DNA from: Treponemataceae bacterium | Lineage (GTDB): Bacteria > Spirochaetota > Spirochaetia > Treponematales > Rectinemataceae | Assembly: GCA_963677895.2 (NCBI GenBank) | Contig: CAXXGJ010000002.1 | Span: 320,001 to 384,000, forward strand | DNA: 64,000 nucleotides | Direction of reading: 5' to 3' | Shown: in pieces, positions 18,284-27,669 of the stretch | Layout: every line of letters begins with the position of its first letter | How positions within the stretch are numbered: the first letter of the stretch is position 1 | The notes under the pieces: model-generated | Seen by the model: only the letters and a program-made list of their open reading frames with translations | Told to the model about the DNA's origin: nothing | The model's database searches: none | Program-made: the position numbers and the translations under genes

Positions 18284-19329
18284 GGATTCCCTCTCTTTTT
18301 CTGGAACTTCATCCTCAGGCCGTTGCCGATGAGGACGAAGAGGACGAGGAAGCCCTGTATCACGCCCGCGAGGGACGAATCGAGCTTGAGCACGATAGGC
18401 AGCTGTATCGAGCCCACGGTGAGGGCCGCGAAGAAGAGGGCGACGGGGCCGGCCCAGACCGGGCTGAAGTTGACGAGCATGGCGACCATGAGGCCCGTGT
18501 AGCCGTAGCCGCTCGAAATCGAAGGGATGAGTCGGTGGTAGACCGAGGTCACCTGGACTGCTCCGGCGAGGCCCGCGAAGGCGCCGCAGAGGGCGAAGGA
18601 GAGGAGCATGTGCTGCCAGGTGGGAATGCCGAGGAGATATGCCGATTTCGGATTCTTGCCCACCGCTTTGAGCTTGAGGCCGAAATAGGTGCCCTTCAAC
18701 AGGATCAGGGCGATGACGATGGTGACCGCGGCCATGGCGAGCGGTATCGGGGCGAGCCGCGACTGGGCCGAGAGAGTCGGCATCCACAAATCCGGCTCGA
18801 AGGGGAGGGTGCCCGACATGGAAGCGACGCCGGGGCGTTTCCATGGCCCAAAGATGAGCCAGAGGTTGAGGGCCGTGGCCACGAAGTTGAGCCCCAGGCC
18901 TCCGAATATCTCGTTCACGCCGCCGAAGGTCTTGAGGACGCCCGCGAGGAGGGCCCATAGGAGGCCGCCCAGCATGCCTGCCGCCACAGAAAGCGCGATG
19001 ACGGCGCCTGGCGGGAGGGCCGTGCCCTGAAGGACGCGCATGGCCCAGGTGCAGAAAATGGCGCCCAGGGTTATCTGCCCTTCGATGCCGATGTTCCACA
19101 AGCCCCCGGTGAAGGTGAAGAGGAGGCCCGCCGTGGCGAGGAGGAGGGGCACCCAGGAGACGAGGACGTTGGCCGCTACGTTGGGCGACCCGACCGCGCC
19201 CTGGATTATGTTCGTGTACGCAAGGAAGGGGTCGTTGCCCGTCAGGGCGACGATAGCTGACGTCAGGAGAAGCGCGAGGAAGACGGATCCCGCGCCGAAA
19301 GCGAGTTTCGCGCTTTTGCCGTCACGCAT
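18280..19329 (-). CDS. Nucleoside-type ABC transporter permease
   Basis: WNIGIEGQ, GVNEI, AVGKNPKSA, GYGYTG motifs. Confidence 0.88.
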   Translation of the reverse strand: MRDGKSAKLAFGAGSVFLALLLTSAIVALTGNDPFLAYTNIIQGAVGSPNVAANVLVSWVPLLLATAGLLFTFTGGLWNIGIEGQITLGAIFCTWAMRVLQGTALPPGAVIALSVAAGMLGGLLWALLAGVLKTFGGVNEIFGGLGLNFVATALNLWLIFGPWKRPGVASMSGTLPFEPDLWMPTLSAQSRLAPIPLAMAAVTIVIALILLKGTYFGLKLKAVGKNPKSAYLLGIPTWQHMLLSFALCGAFAGLAGAVQVTSVYHRLIPSISSGYGYTGLMVAMLVNFSPVWAGPVALFFAALTVGSIQLPIVLKLDSSLAGVIQGFLVLFVLIGNGLRMKFQKKRGNP

Positions 19330-20818
19330 GGCACGCCTCCTCGAAAGATTCCCAGCCGACGCCACCGATAAGTTCGCCCAACTTTTGGACGTTAAGCGAC
19401 GCGGCGTCGATGGCGGGGGAGACTTTGCCCGCGAAAAAGACGAGGACCTTGTCGCTGTACTGGAGAATTTCGTCGAGATCAGAGGACAGGAAAAGGATGG
19501 CCGTTCCCGATGAGCAGCGCTCTTTCAGCTTGCCCCAGATATAGATGGTGGATTCGATGTCCAGACCCCGCGTGGGATGCTCCACGAGGATGAGGCTGGC
19601 GGTTTCCGGAAGGAGGGAGAGCAAGGCTCTCTGCTGATTGCCTCCGGAGAGGGATTCCACGGGGCTGTCGGGCCGGCCCTTTATGTTGAAGGCTGAAATC
19701 CGCGCCTCGGACAGGGCGCCGGCGGCCTGCCTGTCTATGAAGGCGCCGCCCATCTTTTTGGACAATATAAAGTGTTCGCAGAGCGTCAGGCCGGGCACGA
19801 GGCCTTTTTCGAGCCGCGCCGCGGGCAGGTAGGCGACGCCCATCCGCTTGTAGTCGTGATAAGTTTTTCCGTTCATCGGGCGTTCGTCCTCATCGAGGCA
19901 GAACTGTCCGCCGGCGGGTTCGACGAGACCTCCGCAGGCTCTCAGGAAGAGATCCTGGCCCGAGCCCTCCATGCCGGCGATGCCGATGATTTCTCCCGCC
20001 CTGACCTGAAGATTCACATCCTTTATCCTGAGGCGGATGGAATCCACGGAACCGGTTTTGACGGTGAGCACTTTCCGCCCCGGAGATGTCCTGGACTTGG
20101 GCGCGAGCTCCACTTCCTTGCCGAACATCATACGCACCAGGGCTGCCTTGTCGAAGGGCGCTTCCACGGAGCCTATAAGAGATCCCTGCCTGAGAATGGC
20201 GGCCCTCGAGCAGAGGGCTTCCACATCCTCGAGTTTGTGGGAGACGAAAAAGACCGTCATGCCCTCGGAAGCGAGCTTGCGGAGGGCCGCGAAAAGCTTT
20301 TCCTTCTGCGTCTGGCTAATGCCGGTGGTGGGTTCGTCCAAGATGAGGACCTTGGCGCCCAGCCAGAGCAGGCGCAGGATCTCGAGCTGCTGGCGCTCGC
20401 CGACCGTCAGCGACGCGACGCGGGCGTCGGGGGAGAGGCTGAAATCGAAACGGGCCGAGAGGGCGGAGAAGTCGGCGAGCGCCCTGCGGCGATTCGGCAC
20501 GAGGCCTCCCGGGCTCCCGAGGAGAAAATCGTCGATGATCCTGAAGGGGGGAAAGTCGAGGGGGTCCTGGTGGAGCATTCCGATGCCGTTCTTTATCGCG
20601 TCATCGGGGGAGTCGATGCGCAGGGCTTTTCCGTCGAAGAGTATTTCGCCCGAGTCGGGGCGGAGAAAGCCCGAGAATATTTTCATCAACGTGCTTTTAC
20701 CGGCCCCGTTTTCGCCCAGGATGCCCTGGATGCTGCCGGGGGGAATCGTCAGGGAAATCGAGTCGTTGGCCCTGAGGGCGCCGAAGGTTTTGGTTATGCC
20801 ACGCAGTTCGATCGTCAT
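19322..20818 (-). CDS. Sugar/nucleoside ABC transporter ATP-binding protein (two NBDs)
   Basis: GENGAGKST, ILDEPT, LSGGNQQ, PTRGLD. Confidence 0.92.
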   Translation of the reverse strand: MTIELRGITKTFGALRANDSISLTIPPGSIQGILGENGAGKSTLMKIFSGFLRPDSGEILFDGKALRIDSPDDAIKNGIGMLHQDPLDFPPFRIIDDFLLGSPGGLVPNRRRALADFSALSARFDFSLSPDARVASLTVGERQQLEILRLLWLGAKVLILDEPTTGISQTQKEKLFAALRKLASEGMTVFFVSHKLEDVEALCSRAAILRQGSLIGSVEAPFDKAALVRMMFGKEVELAPKSRTSPGRKVLTVKTGSVDSIRLRIKDVNLQVRAGEIIGIAGMEGSGQDLFLRACGGLVEPAGGQFCLDEDERPMNGKTYHDYKRMGVAYLPAARLEKGLVPGLTLCEHFILSKKMGGAFIDRQAAGALSEARISAFNIKGRPDSPVESLSGGNQQRALLSLLPETASLILVEHPTRGLDIESTIYIWGKLKERCSSGTAILFLSSDLDEILQYSDKVLVFFAGKVSPAIDAASLNVQKLGELIGGVGWESFEEACHA

Positions 20819-20830
20819 TGAGCACCTTTG

Positions 20831-20881
20831 AAAAAAATAAATATGGCAGCCTGAGGAAATCTCTCGATCCCTCAGGCTGCC
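20831..20881 (-). terminator. Intercistronic stem-loop / intrinsic terminator after the BMP gene
   Basis: Perfect 12-bp inverted repeat GGCAGCCTGAGG (20845-20856) / CCTCAGGCTGCC (20870-20881), followed by a T-rich tract on the minus strand. Confidence 0.7.
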
Positions 20882-20903
20882 TCTGTTTCGCTCTATCCTT
20901 TCG

Positions 20904-22115
20904 TTACTTGGAGACGCTCTGTCCCGTCATGCCTTCGAGAAGCTGGGGCAGGTACCAGATCTGCTGGTCGGTAGCCTTCTGGCCTTTCTTGAGATAGACG
21001 GATCCGTCCTGAAGGTTCAGCGGACCGCTCCAGAGGTTCAAACCCTTGGCGAGTTCGCCGACGAACTTGTCGACGCCGTCGGAAGCGGCTTTGCCGAGAG
21101 CGCCCTTGTTGAAGCCCACGGCCGAGGTGTCGGGATTGTTGATGTTTTTCCAGTCAGGGCTGTTCCATTCGAAGTGGGCCTTCCAGGTTCCTGCCATGGC
21201 TTCTTTCACGGTCTTGGCATAGGCGGGACCCCAGTTGAAATAGGGAACGCCGAGGGAAACGCCCTTGCCCTCGTCCATGGCCTTGGAATAGTCGTAGGGG
21301 ATGGCCCAGACCTGCTTGCCCTGAGCGGTGAACTTGGCGGCTTCGGCCACGGCTTCCGTGGTGTCGATGCCTGAGATGACGACGTCGCAGCCTGAGTTGA
21401 AGAACTCGTCGGCCACCTGGGTGGGGTCGGCGGTGACGCCGGGGATATTGAACCAGAAGCCGATCCAGGTGACGCGGAACTTGAGCTGGGCGGGATCCTT
21501 CTTGAGGTAGTTGACCCAGGCGTATTTCGCGCCGAGGTAGGCCGAGGCGGCCAGGCGCCTGGTCTCGTCGTTGATGAGGGGGCCGAGGAAGCCGATCTGG
21601 CCGGTCTTGGTGGTGAGGGCGGCGGCGACGCCGGCCGCCATCTTCATGTATTCCATCTTGCCCATGATGTTGATCATGTTGGCCATGGGCTTGTAGGCCT
21701 TGCCTTCCTTCCACTGCTGGTCGCCCGTGGTCATGATGACGAAGATATCGGGATGGGCGGATGCGAATTTGACCGCTTCGTCCATCATGTCGTCCGAGGA
21801 GAAGCAGATGAGCTTGGCGCCCTGCGCCACGAGGCTTTCTCCAAGCTGGGATACCGTGGTGCCCGGCCTGTCGGCGGAGTTGGCTTTGTCAATGTAGACG
21901 AGCTTGGTGCCCGGTACCTTGGCGAGGACATACTGCATGCCGTCGTAATTGGCCTGGCTCCAGCCGCGATCGTTGTAGGGACCGACCATGACGAGGCCTA
22001 TGGTGAGATTCGCGCCGGCCGCCTTGGGGGCCGCCGAAGATACGGCCTGGGCAAAGGCCGGCATGCTTAGGACGGCGATCAGCGCCGCCAGGATGAGGAT
22101 GCGGAAGCTTTTCAT
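20904..22115 (-). CDS. BMP-family ABC substrate-binding protein (probable nucleoside)
   Basis: Signal peptide; GPYNDRGWSQ, TKTGQIGFLG, VTWIGFWF, FNWGPAY; heads the ATPase plus two-permease operon. Confidence 0.85.
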   Translation of the reverse strand: MKSFRILILAALIAVLSMPAFAQAVSSAAPKAAGANLTIGLVMVGPYNDRGWSQANYDGMQYVLAKVPGTKLVYIDKANSADRPGTTVSQLGESLVAQGAKLICFSSDDMMDEAVKFASAHPDIFVIMTTGDQQWKEGKAYKPMANMINIMGKMEYMKMAAGVAAALTTKTGQIGFLGPLINDETRRLAASAYLGAKYAWVNYLKKDPAQLKFRVTWIGFWFNIPGVTADPTQVADEFFNSGCDVVISGIDTTEAVAEAAKFTAQGKQVWAIPYDYSKAMDEGKGVSLGVPYFNWGPAYAKTVKEAMAGTWKAHFEWNSPDWKNINNPDTSAVGFNKGALGKAASDGVDKFVGELAKGLNLWSGPLNLQDGSVYLKKGQKATDQQIWYLPQLLEGMTGQSVSK

Positions 22116-22220
22116 CTGTGTCTCCTTGGCCGCGTGCGGTTTTGTCGTGCGGAACCGGCGGCCTCGCTCTTCTTCTGGATTATAGGGCGTCGCCGCGCTT
22201 TGCGGAAGCGGAAAACCGCG

Positions 22221-22535
22221 TCAATCCATATGAAATACGGGAGAGAGCGGTTTCGATGCCGGAGAATGGTCGGGATTCGTCTCCATTATGTCCCCCATGT
22301 AGTCCCACCACTTCCGAACGATAGCCTTGCGGGGGAGATCGTCAGCGGTGGAATTGTCGGCGCGGGTCTGGACGGCGAAGAGGAAATGGCTTTCCGGGTC
22401 GAGATAGATCGAATAATCGGATATGCCCGCGGCCTTGAGTTCGGCGAGCATCTCCGGCCAGATGGCGTCGTGGCGGCGTTTATATTCGGCTTCGTATCCC
22501 GGTTTCAGTTTCATGACGAATGCTTTGCGTTCCAT
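22221..22535 (-). CDS. rhaM: L-rhamnose mutarotase
   Basis: EYKRRHDAIWPEM, YSIYLD, RKWWDYMGDIM, VFHMD. Confidence 0.95.
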   Translation of the reverse strand: MERKAFVMKLKPGYEAEYKRRHDAIWPEMLAELKAAGISDYSIYLDPESHFLFAVQTRADNSTADDLPRKAIVRKWWDYMGDIMETNPDHSPASKPLSPVFHMD

Positions 22536-22709
22536 GCTTTTCTCCTGTACAACATAAATCTTGAAATCGACTCCAGATTATATACTCAGGAAGTCCCGCG
22601 ACAAGCCGGGCCAAGGCAATCCGGCACCCCATCATCATTCGCGTGCGACTTTCTTGCTAATTAATTAAATAATTATGATATTAGCATAATCCTATACAAG
22701 GAGGATCCC

Positions 22710-23099
22710 ATGAAGAAGATAGCTTTTCTCGCTTTGCTGATTCTATCGGTAATGCTTCCGATTTCCGTTTTCGCCGAAACCTATGACAAGGATGCGGTCG
22801 TTTCCGCCATGCGCGCCAACCAGGCGAGGATAGGCGTCGTCAAGACAGCGGTCGCCAACAACGACTTCTTCAAGGCCGGCCAGGCGTTTTTTGATTACGC
22901 CAGCCTGGCCGCCAGGATGCAGGCCATGGATCCGCCCAAGGGTTCCAAGGATGACTGGGTGAGGCTATGGAATCTGTTCCAGGACAAAGCGTTTCTGGGG
23001 ATAGGAGCCTGCGGGGAGCGGGACGCGGCCAAGGTCCTGAAGGCGCTGGACGAGCTGGTAGCCGTGAATAAAATCGGTCATCCCGAGTTCAGGTTCTGA
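22710..23099 (+). CDS. Periplasmic cytochrome b562-like four-helix protein
   Basis: Signal peptide; N-terminal Met (AMRAN), central MDPPKG (cf. ATPPKL) and C-terminal NKIGHPEFR (cf. RNAYHQKYR). No CxxCH. Confidence 0.6.
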   Translation: MKKIAFLALLILSVMLPISVFAETYDKDAVVSAMRANQARIGVVKTAVANNDFFKAGQAFFDYASLAARMQAMDPPKGSKDDWVRLWNLFQDKAFLGIGACGERDAAKVLKALDELVAVNKIGHPEFRF

Positions 23100-23118
23100 A
23101 TTCGCCTCGATAGAAGGG

Positions 23119-23160
23119 AAAAAAAGGAGGGCGATGCGGTTGCATCGCTCTCCTTTTTTT
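23119..23160. terminator. Bidirectional intrinsic terminator
   Basis: A7-GGAGGGCGATGC-ggtt-GCATCGCTCTCC-T7 between convergent genes. Confidence 0.85.
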
Positions 23161-24370
23161 AGCGGGCCGGGAGGGATGCCCGATACTGTTCCACTTCCCA
23201 ATTTCGTATGAATGCCACCGACTCGGGGCTCATGGGGCGGGGGCCGCCGAAAGCCAGGCTGTAGACCGCCACCTTGCAGGAATCCACGAAGAGTTCGAGT
23301 GCGCGCGACGCGGCCGGGACGGCTGCTTCGCGCGAGCCTTGGCCTATCGCGAACGCTCCGATGTTCTTGGCGAGGACGATGCGCGGAGCCTTGCCGTTCC
23401 GTTTCAGATAGTCGGCCCAGGCGTCGATGAGGCCTTCGACCTCGTCGACGCGCAGGTATTCGTGGCCTGCGTAGACGATATGGTCGGGGCTGAAGGGCCT
23501 TGAGAGCGGCGCGAAGGCCGCGGCCGAGGCGGCGAATCCAAAGATCATCCTGTCGGCTCGATGCAGTATGGCGGCGTCGGCGCCCGCAAGTGCGCGCAGC
23601 GCGGCCTGGAATCCGGCGATGGCGCCCGCGTCGGCGGCCACGGCTCTTTCGTCGGGCTCTGCGATTGCGGCGCCGGCGCCGGCTTTGGTTCCAGGGCTAG
23701 CGATTTCGGCCTTGAGTTTCGCGATGATCGAATTCGATATGGCAACCACCTCTTCCGGGCTTCCGCCCGCGACCAGAAGGCCGTGGTTCTGCATGAACAT
23801 GAAGGCCGGCGCCCTGCCTTTCAGCTTCCTGAATTCGGCGAAAATGCCGCTCACGGTTTTCGCGAGGATATAGCCGGGATCGACCAGGGGCACCCAGATG
23901 CCCTCGTCGCCGAAGAGGCGGCGAAAGGCGGCCTCGCCGCCCTGGCCGCAGGTGAGGCCGTTGACGATGGCCGGATGCGTATGCACGACGAAGGCCTGCG
24001 GAAAAAATCCGTGGAGGAGGGTTTCCACAGAGGGGCGTTTCGTCTCGCCGGGAACCCTGGCGGCCATCAGGTCGGCGAGGGCTTCCTTTTCGCGGGCGGC
24101 GCTGTCGGCCGGGTAGGTCTTTTCCCATATGGCGTCGAGGCGGGCGCGGTCCATTTCGCAGAAGCCTGATTCGTCGATGGAACCGAGGGCGAAACCCGAG
24201 GCCTTCACGTAGAGCCTGTCGGCCGTCTTCCAGGAAGTGTTGCCGCCGCCGGCGAGGACCCATGCCGGGTCGCCGCCGAAACGGCGTGAGATGAGGACGA
24301 GGCGAGCGAGCGCCGCCGCTCGCTCGGCGTCCTTGTTTTCATTTGGGGAATTGTTGTGGGTGTCGGCCAT
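23159..24370 (-). CDS. Class II aldolase, probable rhamnulose-1-phosphate aldolase (aldolase domain of the bifunctional RhaEW type, no SDR domain)
   Basis: GGGNTSWK, VKASG, PSVETLLH, HTHP, NHG, PDH motifs; directly downstream of rhaA. Confidence 0.8.
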   Translation of the reverse strand: MADTHNNSPNENKDAERAAALARLVLISRRFGGDPAWVLAGGGNTSWKTADRLYVKASGFALGSIDESGFCEMDRARLDAIWEKTYPADSAAREKEALADLMAARVPGETKRPSVETLLHGFFPQAFVVHTHPAIVNGLTCGQGGEAAFRRLFGDEGIWVPLVDPGYILAKTVSGIFAEFRKLKGRAPAFMFMQNHGLLVAGGSPEEVVAISNSIIAKLKAEIASPGTKAGAGAAIAEPDERAVAADAGAIAGFQAALRALAGADAAILHRADRMIFGFAASAAAFAPLSRPFSPDHIVYAGHEYLRVDEVEGLIDAWADYLKRNGKAPRIVLAKNIGAFAIGQGSREAAVPAASRALELFVDSCKVAVYSLAFGGPRPMSPESVAFIRNWEVEQYRASLPAR

Positions 24371-24375
24371 GACGC

Positions 24376-25644
24376 TCAGCTCCTCGACGCGAGAACAGTT
24401 TTCGAATATGAAGCCACTTCGCCGATGAATTCGCGGTCGGCGGGCTTGTCCGCGCGCCGGCAGAATTCGTCCCAGACGGCTCCCCAGGGCAGGCCGCGTT
24501 CCTCCTCGAAGAGGGCGAGGCGCGCGAATCCGTCGCCGCGGGCCTCGGCGGCGGCCAGAACTTCGCGCGGTTCGAGGAAAGCCTTGAGGAAGGCTTTGCG
24601 AGCCGCCCGCGCCCCTATAGCCCAGGCGCCGATGCGGTTGATGGACGCGTCGAAGTAATCGAGACCGAGCCTGATCTTGTCGAGGCGGCCTGAGCGGACC
24701 ACTTCCTCGGCCACTTCGGCCAGTTCGTCCCCGTTGACGAGGACGTGGTCCGAGTCCCAGCGCACGGGACGGGAAAGGTGGATGAGGAGGCCGGGAACGA
24801 AGGGCAGGACGGCCGAGACCTTGTCCGCGACGCTTTCCGTCGGATGGAAATGCCCCATGTCCATGGTGAGGAATATTCGGCGCGTGGCGGCGTAGCCGAG
24901 GTAGAAGTCGTGGGAGCCCGGGGTGAAATATTCGGCCCCGATGCCGAAAAGCTTGCCTTCGACGGCATCCTCCACGAGGTTGGCGGAGAGCTTTTCCTCA
25001 TAGACGCGGTCGAGCGACTCGACGAGCCTTGCCCTATAGTCCCCGCGCGAGGCCGTCTTGTCCTTCGAGCCGTCGGGAATCCAGGTGTTGTTGACGCAAG
25101 GGGAACCCTGGGCGGCTCCCATGGCCGCGGCGACGCGCCGGGAGCGCTTCGCGTGCTCGACCCAGAAATCGCGCACGGAGGTCTCGGGGCTGCAAAGGGT
25201 CCATCCCGAAGCCGCCAGTGGATGGGAAAAGAGGGTGGGATTGAAGTCGAGGGGGAGCTTCCGGGCCTTGGCCCAGTCCATCCAGCCCGCGAAATGGGCC
25301 GGTTCGAGGGCGTCGCGGTCGACGGCCTTGCCGCCGAATTCCCCGTAGATCGCGTGGAGCGAGAGCCGCAGGGCGCCGGGCACCAGGGCGCGCACCTCGT
25401 CGATGTCGGCCCGCAGTTCGCCTATGGTCCGCGCCTTGCCCGGAAAGTTGCCCGTCACCTGTATGCCGCCGCCGTCGAGGGAGGCGCCGGCGCGCTCGAA
25501 GCCGCCCACGTCGTCGCCCTGCCAGCAGTGGAGGGAGAGGGGCAGGGAGGCGGCGGCGGCCAGAGCCGCTTCGATGTCGACACCCAGTTCCCCGTATCGC
25601 TCGACGGCGTTTTCAAAGGCCGCTTTGTCATTTTTCCTGTTCAT
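24376..25644 (-). CDS. rhaA: L-rhamnose isomerase
   Basis: SLHCWQGDDVGGFE, DFNPTLFSHP, WIPDGSKD, DMGHFHPTE, RPVRWDSDH, GLDYFDASINR. Confidence 0.96.
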   Translation of the reverse strand: MNRKNDKAAFENAVERYGELGVDIEAALAAAASLPLSLHCWQGDDVGGFERAGASLDGGGIQVTGNFPGKARTIGELRADIDEVRALVPGALRLSLHAIYGEFGGKAVDRDALEPAHFAGWMDWAKARKLPLDFNPTLFSHPLAASGWTLCSPETSVRDFWVEHAKRSRRVAAAMGAAQGSPCVNNTWIPDGSKDKTASRGDYRARLVESLDRVYEEKLSANLVEDAVEGKLFGIGAEYFTPGSHDFYLGYAATRRIFLTMDMGHFHPTESVADKVSAVLPFVPGLLIHLSRPVRWDSDHVLVNGDELAEVAEEVVRSGRLDKIRLGLDYFDASINRIGAWAIGARAARKAFLKAFLEPREVLAAAEARGDGFARLALFEEERGLPWGAVWDEFCRRADKPADREFIGEVASYSKTVLASRS

Positions 25645-26699
25645 CGTTTTACTCCGCTTCGCGCCCCGGATTTCGCCCGTCCCGCCCTCAGCCTGGCCCT
25701 TAGTCCGTCGGTGAACTTGGGCAGGAGGATGGCGACGACCAGGAGGACGCCCGTGATTATATTCATCACTTTTCCGGGCACATTCAAGACGCCCATGCCG
25801 AATTTCATGTAACCGAGGAGGAAATTCGAGATTATGACGCCGGCTATGTTGCCCTTGCCGCCCGTAATGGCAATGCCGCCGAGGACGACGATGGTGATGA
25901 CGTCCGTGTCCCAGCCCGAGGCTATGTTGGGCCGCGTCGAGCCGATGCGCGAGGTGAGCATGACGGCGGCGATGCCGGCGGCGAGCCCGCTCGCGGCGAA
26001 GGCTATCATCCGGACCTTGTCGACGGGGACGCCCGAGAAGCGCGCCGCCGTCTTGTTGTTCCCGACAGCGTAGACGTGGCGGCCGTACACCGTCTTGTTG
26101 AGGACGACGCCGCAGAAGACGGCCGCCACGAGGAAGACGAGGAGTTCGAAGGGCACGAGGCTTTTGCCCAGGTAACCCTGGCCGAAATAGGCGAAGCTCG
26201 CGGGGTACTTCGTGTACGCCTGGTCGCCCAGCACAGCGTTCGCTATCCCCCTGAAGAGGGAGGAAGAGCCGAGGGTCACGGCGATGGAGGGAATGGCGAG
26301 CTTCGTGATGAGAAGGCCGTTGAAGAGGCCGGCGATAAGGCCGACGCCCAGGCCTATGGCCACGATGGTGAGTGTGTCGGCGCCGCCCGCGCTCGCCATG
26401 CCCATGAAGAGGCTCGAAAGGGAAATGATGGACGATACGGATATGTCTATGTCGCCGAGGAGGATGACGAACATCATCGGCAGCGACATCACGGCCTTTT
26501 CCATGAAGTTGAAGGTCGTGTCGAAGAGATTCACCGGATCGAGGAAATAAGGAGAGAGAAGGGAGTTGCCCGCGAATACGAAAATGAAAATGAGGAAGAG
26601 CATCGATTCCCAGCGGAGAAGGAAATCGGCCAACTTTCTGGGGCCGCTCAACTTTGTGAGCCTCGTCGTCTCGACGAATCCCGTGCCTGAGTCGCTCAT
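25641..26699 (-). CDS. rhaQ: Rhamnose ABC transporter permease
   Basis: LLRWE start, DIDISV, IPSIAVTLG, ARFSGV, VVLGG; context within the rha locus. Confidence 0.85.
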   Translation of the reverse strand: MSDSGTGFVETTRLTKLSGPRKLADFLLRWESMLFLIFIFVFAGNSLLSPYFLDPVNLFDTTFNFMEKAVMSLPMMFVILLGDIDISVSSIISLSSLFMGMASAGGADTLTIVAIGLGVGLIAGLFNGLLITKLAIPSIAVTLGSSSLFRGIANAVLGDQAYTKYPASFAYFGQGYLGKSLVPFELLVFLVAAVFCGVVLNKTVYGRHVYAVGNNKTAARFSGVPVDKVRMIAFAASGLAAGIAAVMLTSRIGSTRPNIASGWDTDVITIVVLGGIAITGGKGNIAGVIISNFLLGYMKFGMGVLNVPGKVMNIITGVLLVVAILLPKFTDGLRARLRAGRAKSGARSGVKR

Positions 26700-27669
26700 C
26701 GTGCCCTCCCCGCCGCGAAGGCCTTCTTGTTGCGCCGGTCGATGATCGTGTTGGCGACCACCGCCGTCAGGATGATGAAGCCCTGGATGGCCATCTGGAG
26801 GAAGGGAGAGAGCCGCAGGACCGGGAGGGCGTTGTTGACGACGCCGAGGAAGAGGGAGCCCAGGACGACGCCGAGAATGGTTCCGGAGCCGCCCGCGATG
26901 TTGACGCCACCCAGGACGGCGGCAGCCACCGTCTGCATCTCGAATCCGGAAGCCGTCTCGTTCTGGGCTATGCCGTAGCGTGAGACGTAGAGTAGGCCGG
27001 CGAGGCCGGCGAGGGCTCCCGAAATGACGAAGACGATGATCTCGACCTTTTTCTGGCTCACCCCGGCGAATCGGGCCGCCGTCGGGTTGCCGCCTATGGC
27101 GTAGATGTCCCTGCCCGACCGCGTGTAGCGCATGAAGAGGTGCGCCAGCAGGGCGACGGCGAGAGCCGCCCAGAACATGTGGGGCAGGCCGAGGCTCAAT
27201 CCTTCGGGGATTTTACGGAAGCCTTCGTCATCTCGTTGGCCGTCACCCACTGCCCCTTGGAGAGGAGGAATACGAGGCCTCTATAGGCGCTCATCATGCC
27301 GAGACTGGCGATGAGGGGGGGCAGTTTTCCGAAGGCGACGAGGATGCCGCCGAGGCCTCCGAGCGCCGCGCCCGCCGCGATGCTGAAGGGCATGAAGAAG
27401 GCCGTGGGCAGTACCGGCTGGAACTGGTTGAGCATGGCCGCCGCCATGCCCGCCAGGGCCATCGTCGAGCCCACCGAGATGTCGATGCCGCCGATGAGGA
27501 TGACGCCGAACTGCCCGATGGCCACGATGATGAGGATGCAGGAGTCGACGACGATGTTGAGGAGGCTCTTGGGCGCCACGAATCCGGGGGCCCGCAGGGA
27601 TACCGCCAGCGTGAGGATGACGATGAGGAGACAGAGCGTCGTCTCCTTGCGCTTCAACAGTTTTTTCAT
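26696..27669 (-). pseudogene. rhaP: Rhamnose ABC transporter permease split by a 1-nt frameshift near 27222-27232
   Basis: The N-half (MKKLLKRKE...GQWVTANEMT) ends in a premature stop at 27196. The C-half (GFRKIPEGLSLGLP...AAVLGG) is in another frame. Adding one base restores a full ~324-aa permease. Confidence 0.8.

Noticed and set aside
18284..19099. Apparent 605-aa permease
   Set aside because: The extension is an off-frame overlap with the upstream permease; the real start is 18283.
22116..22220. Purine riboswitch upstream of the BMP nucleoside transporter
   Set aside because: Conserved aptamer core not found; only a TATAAT box and GC-rich stems.
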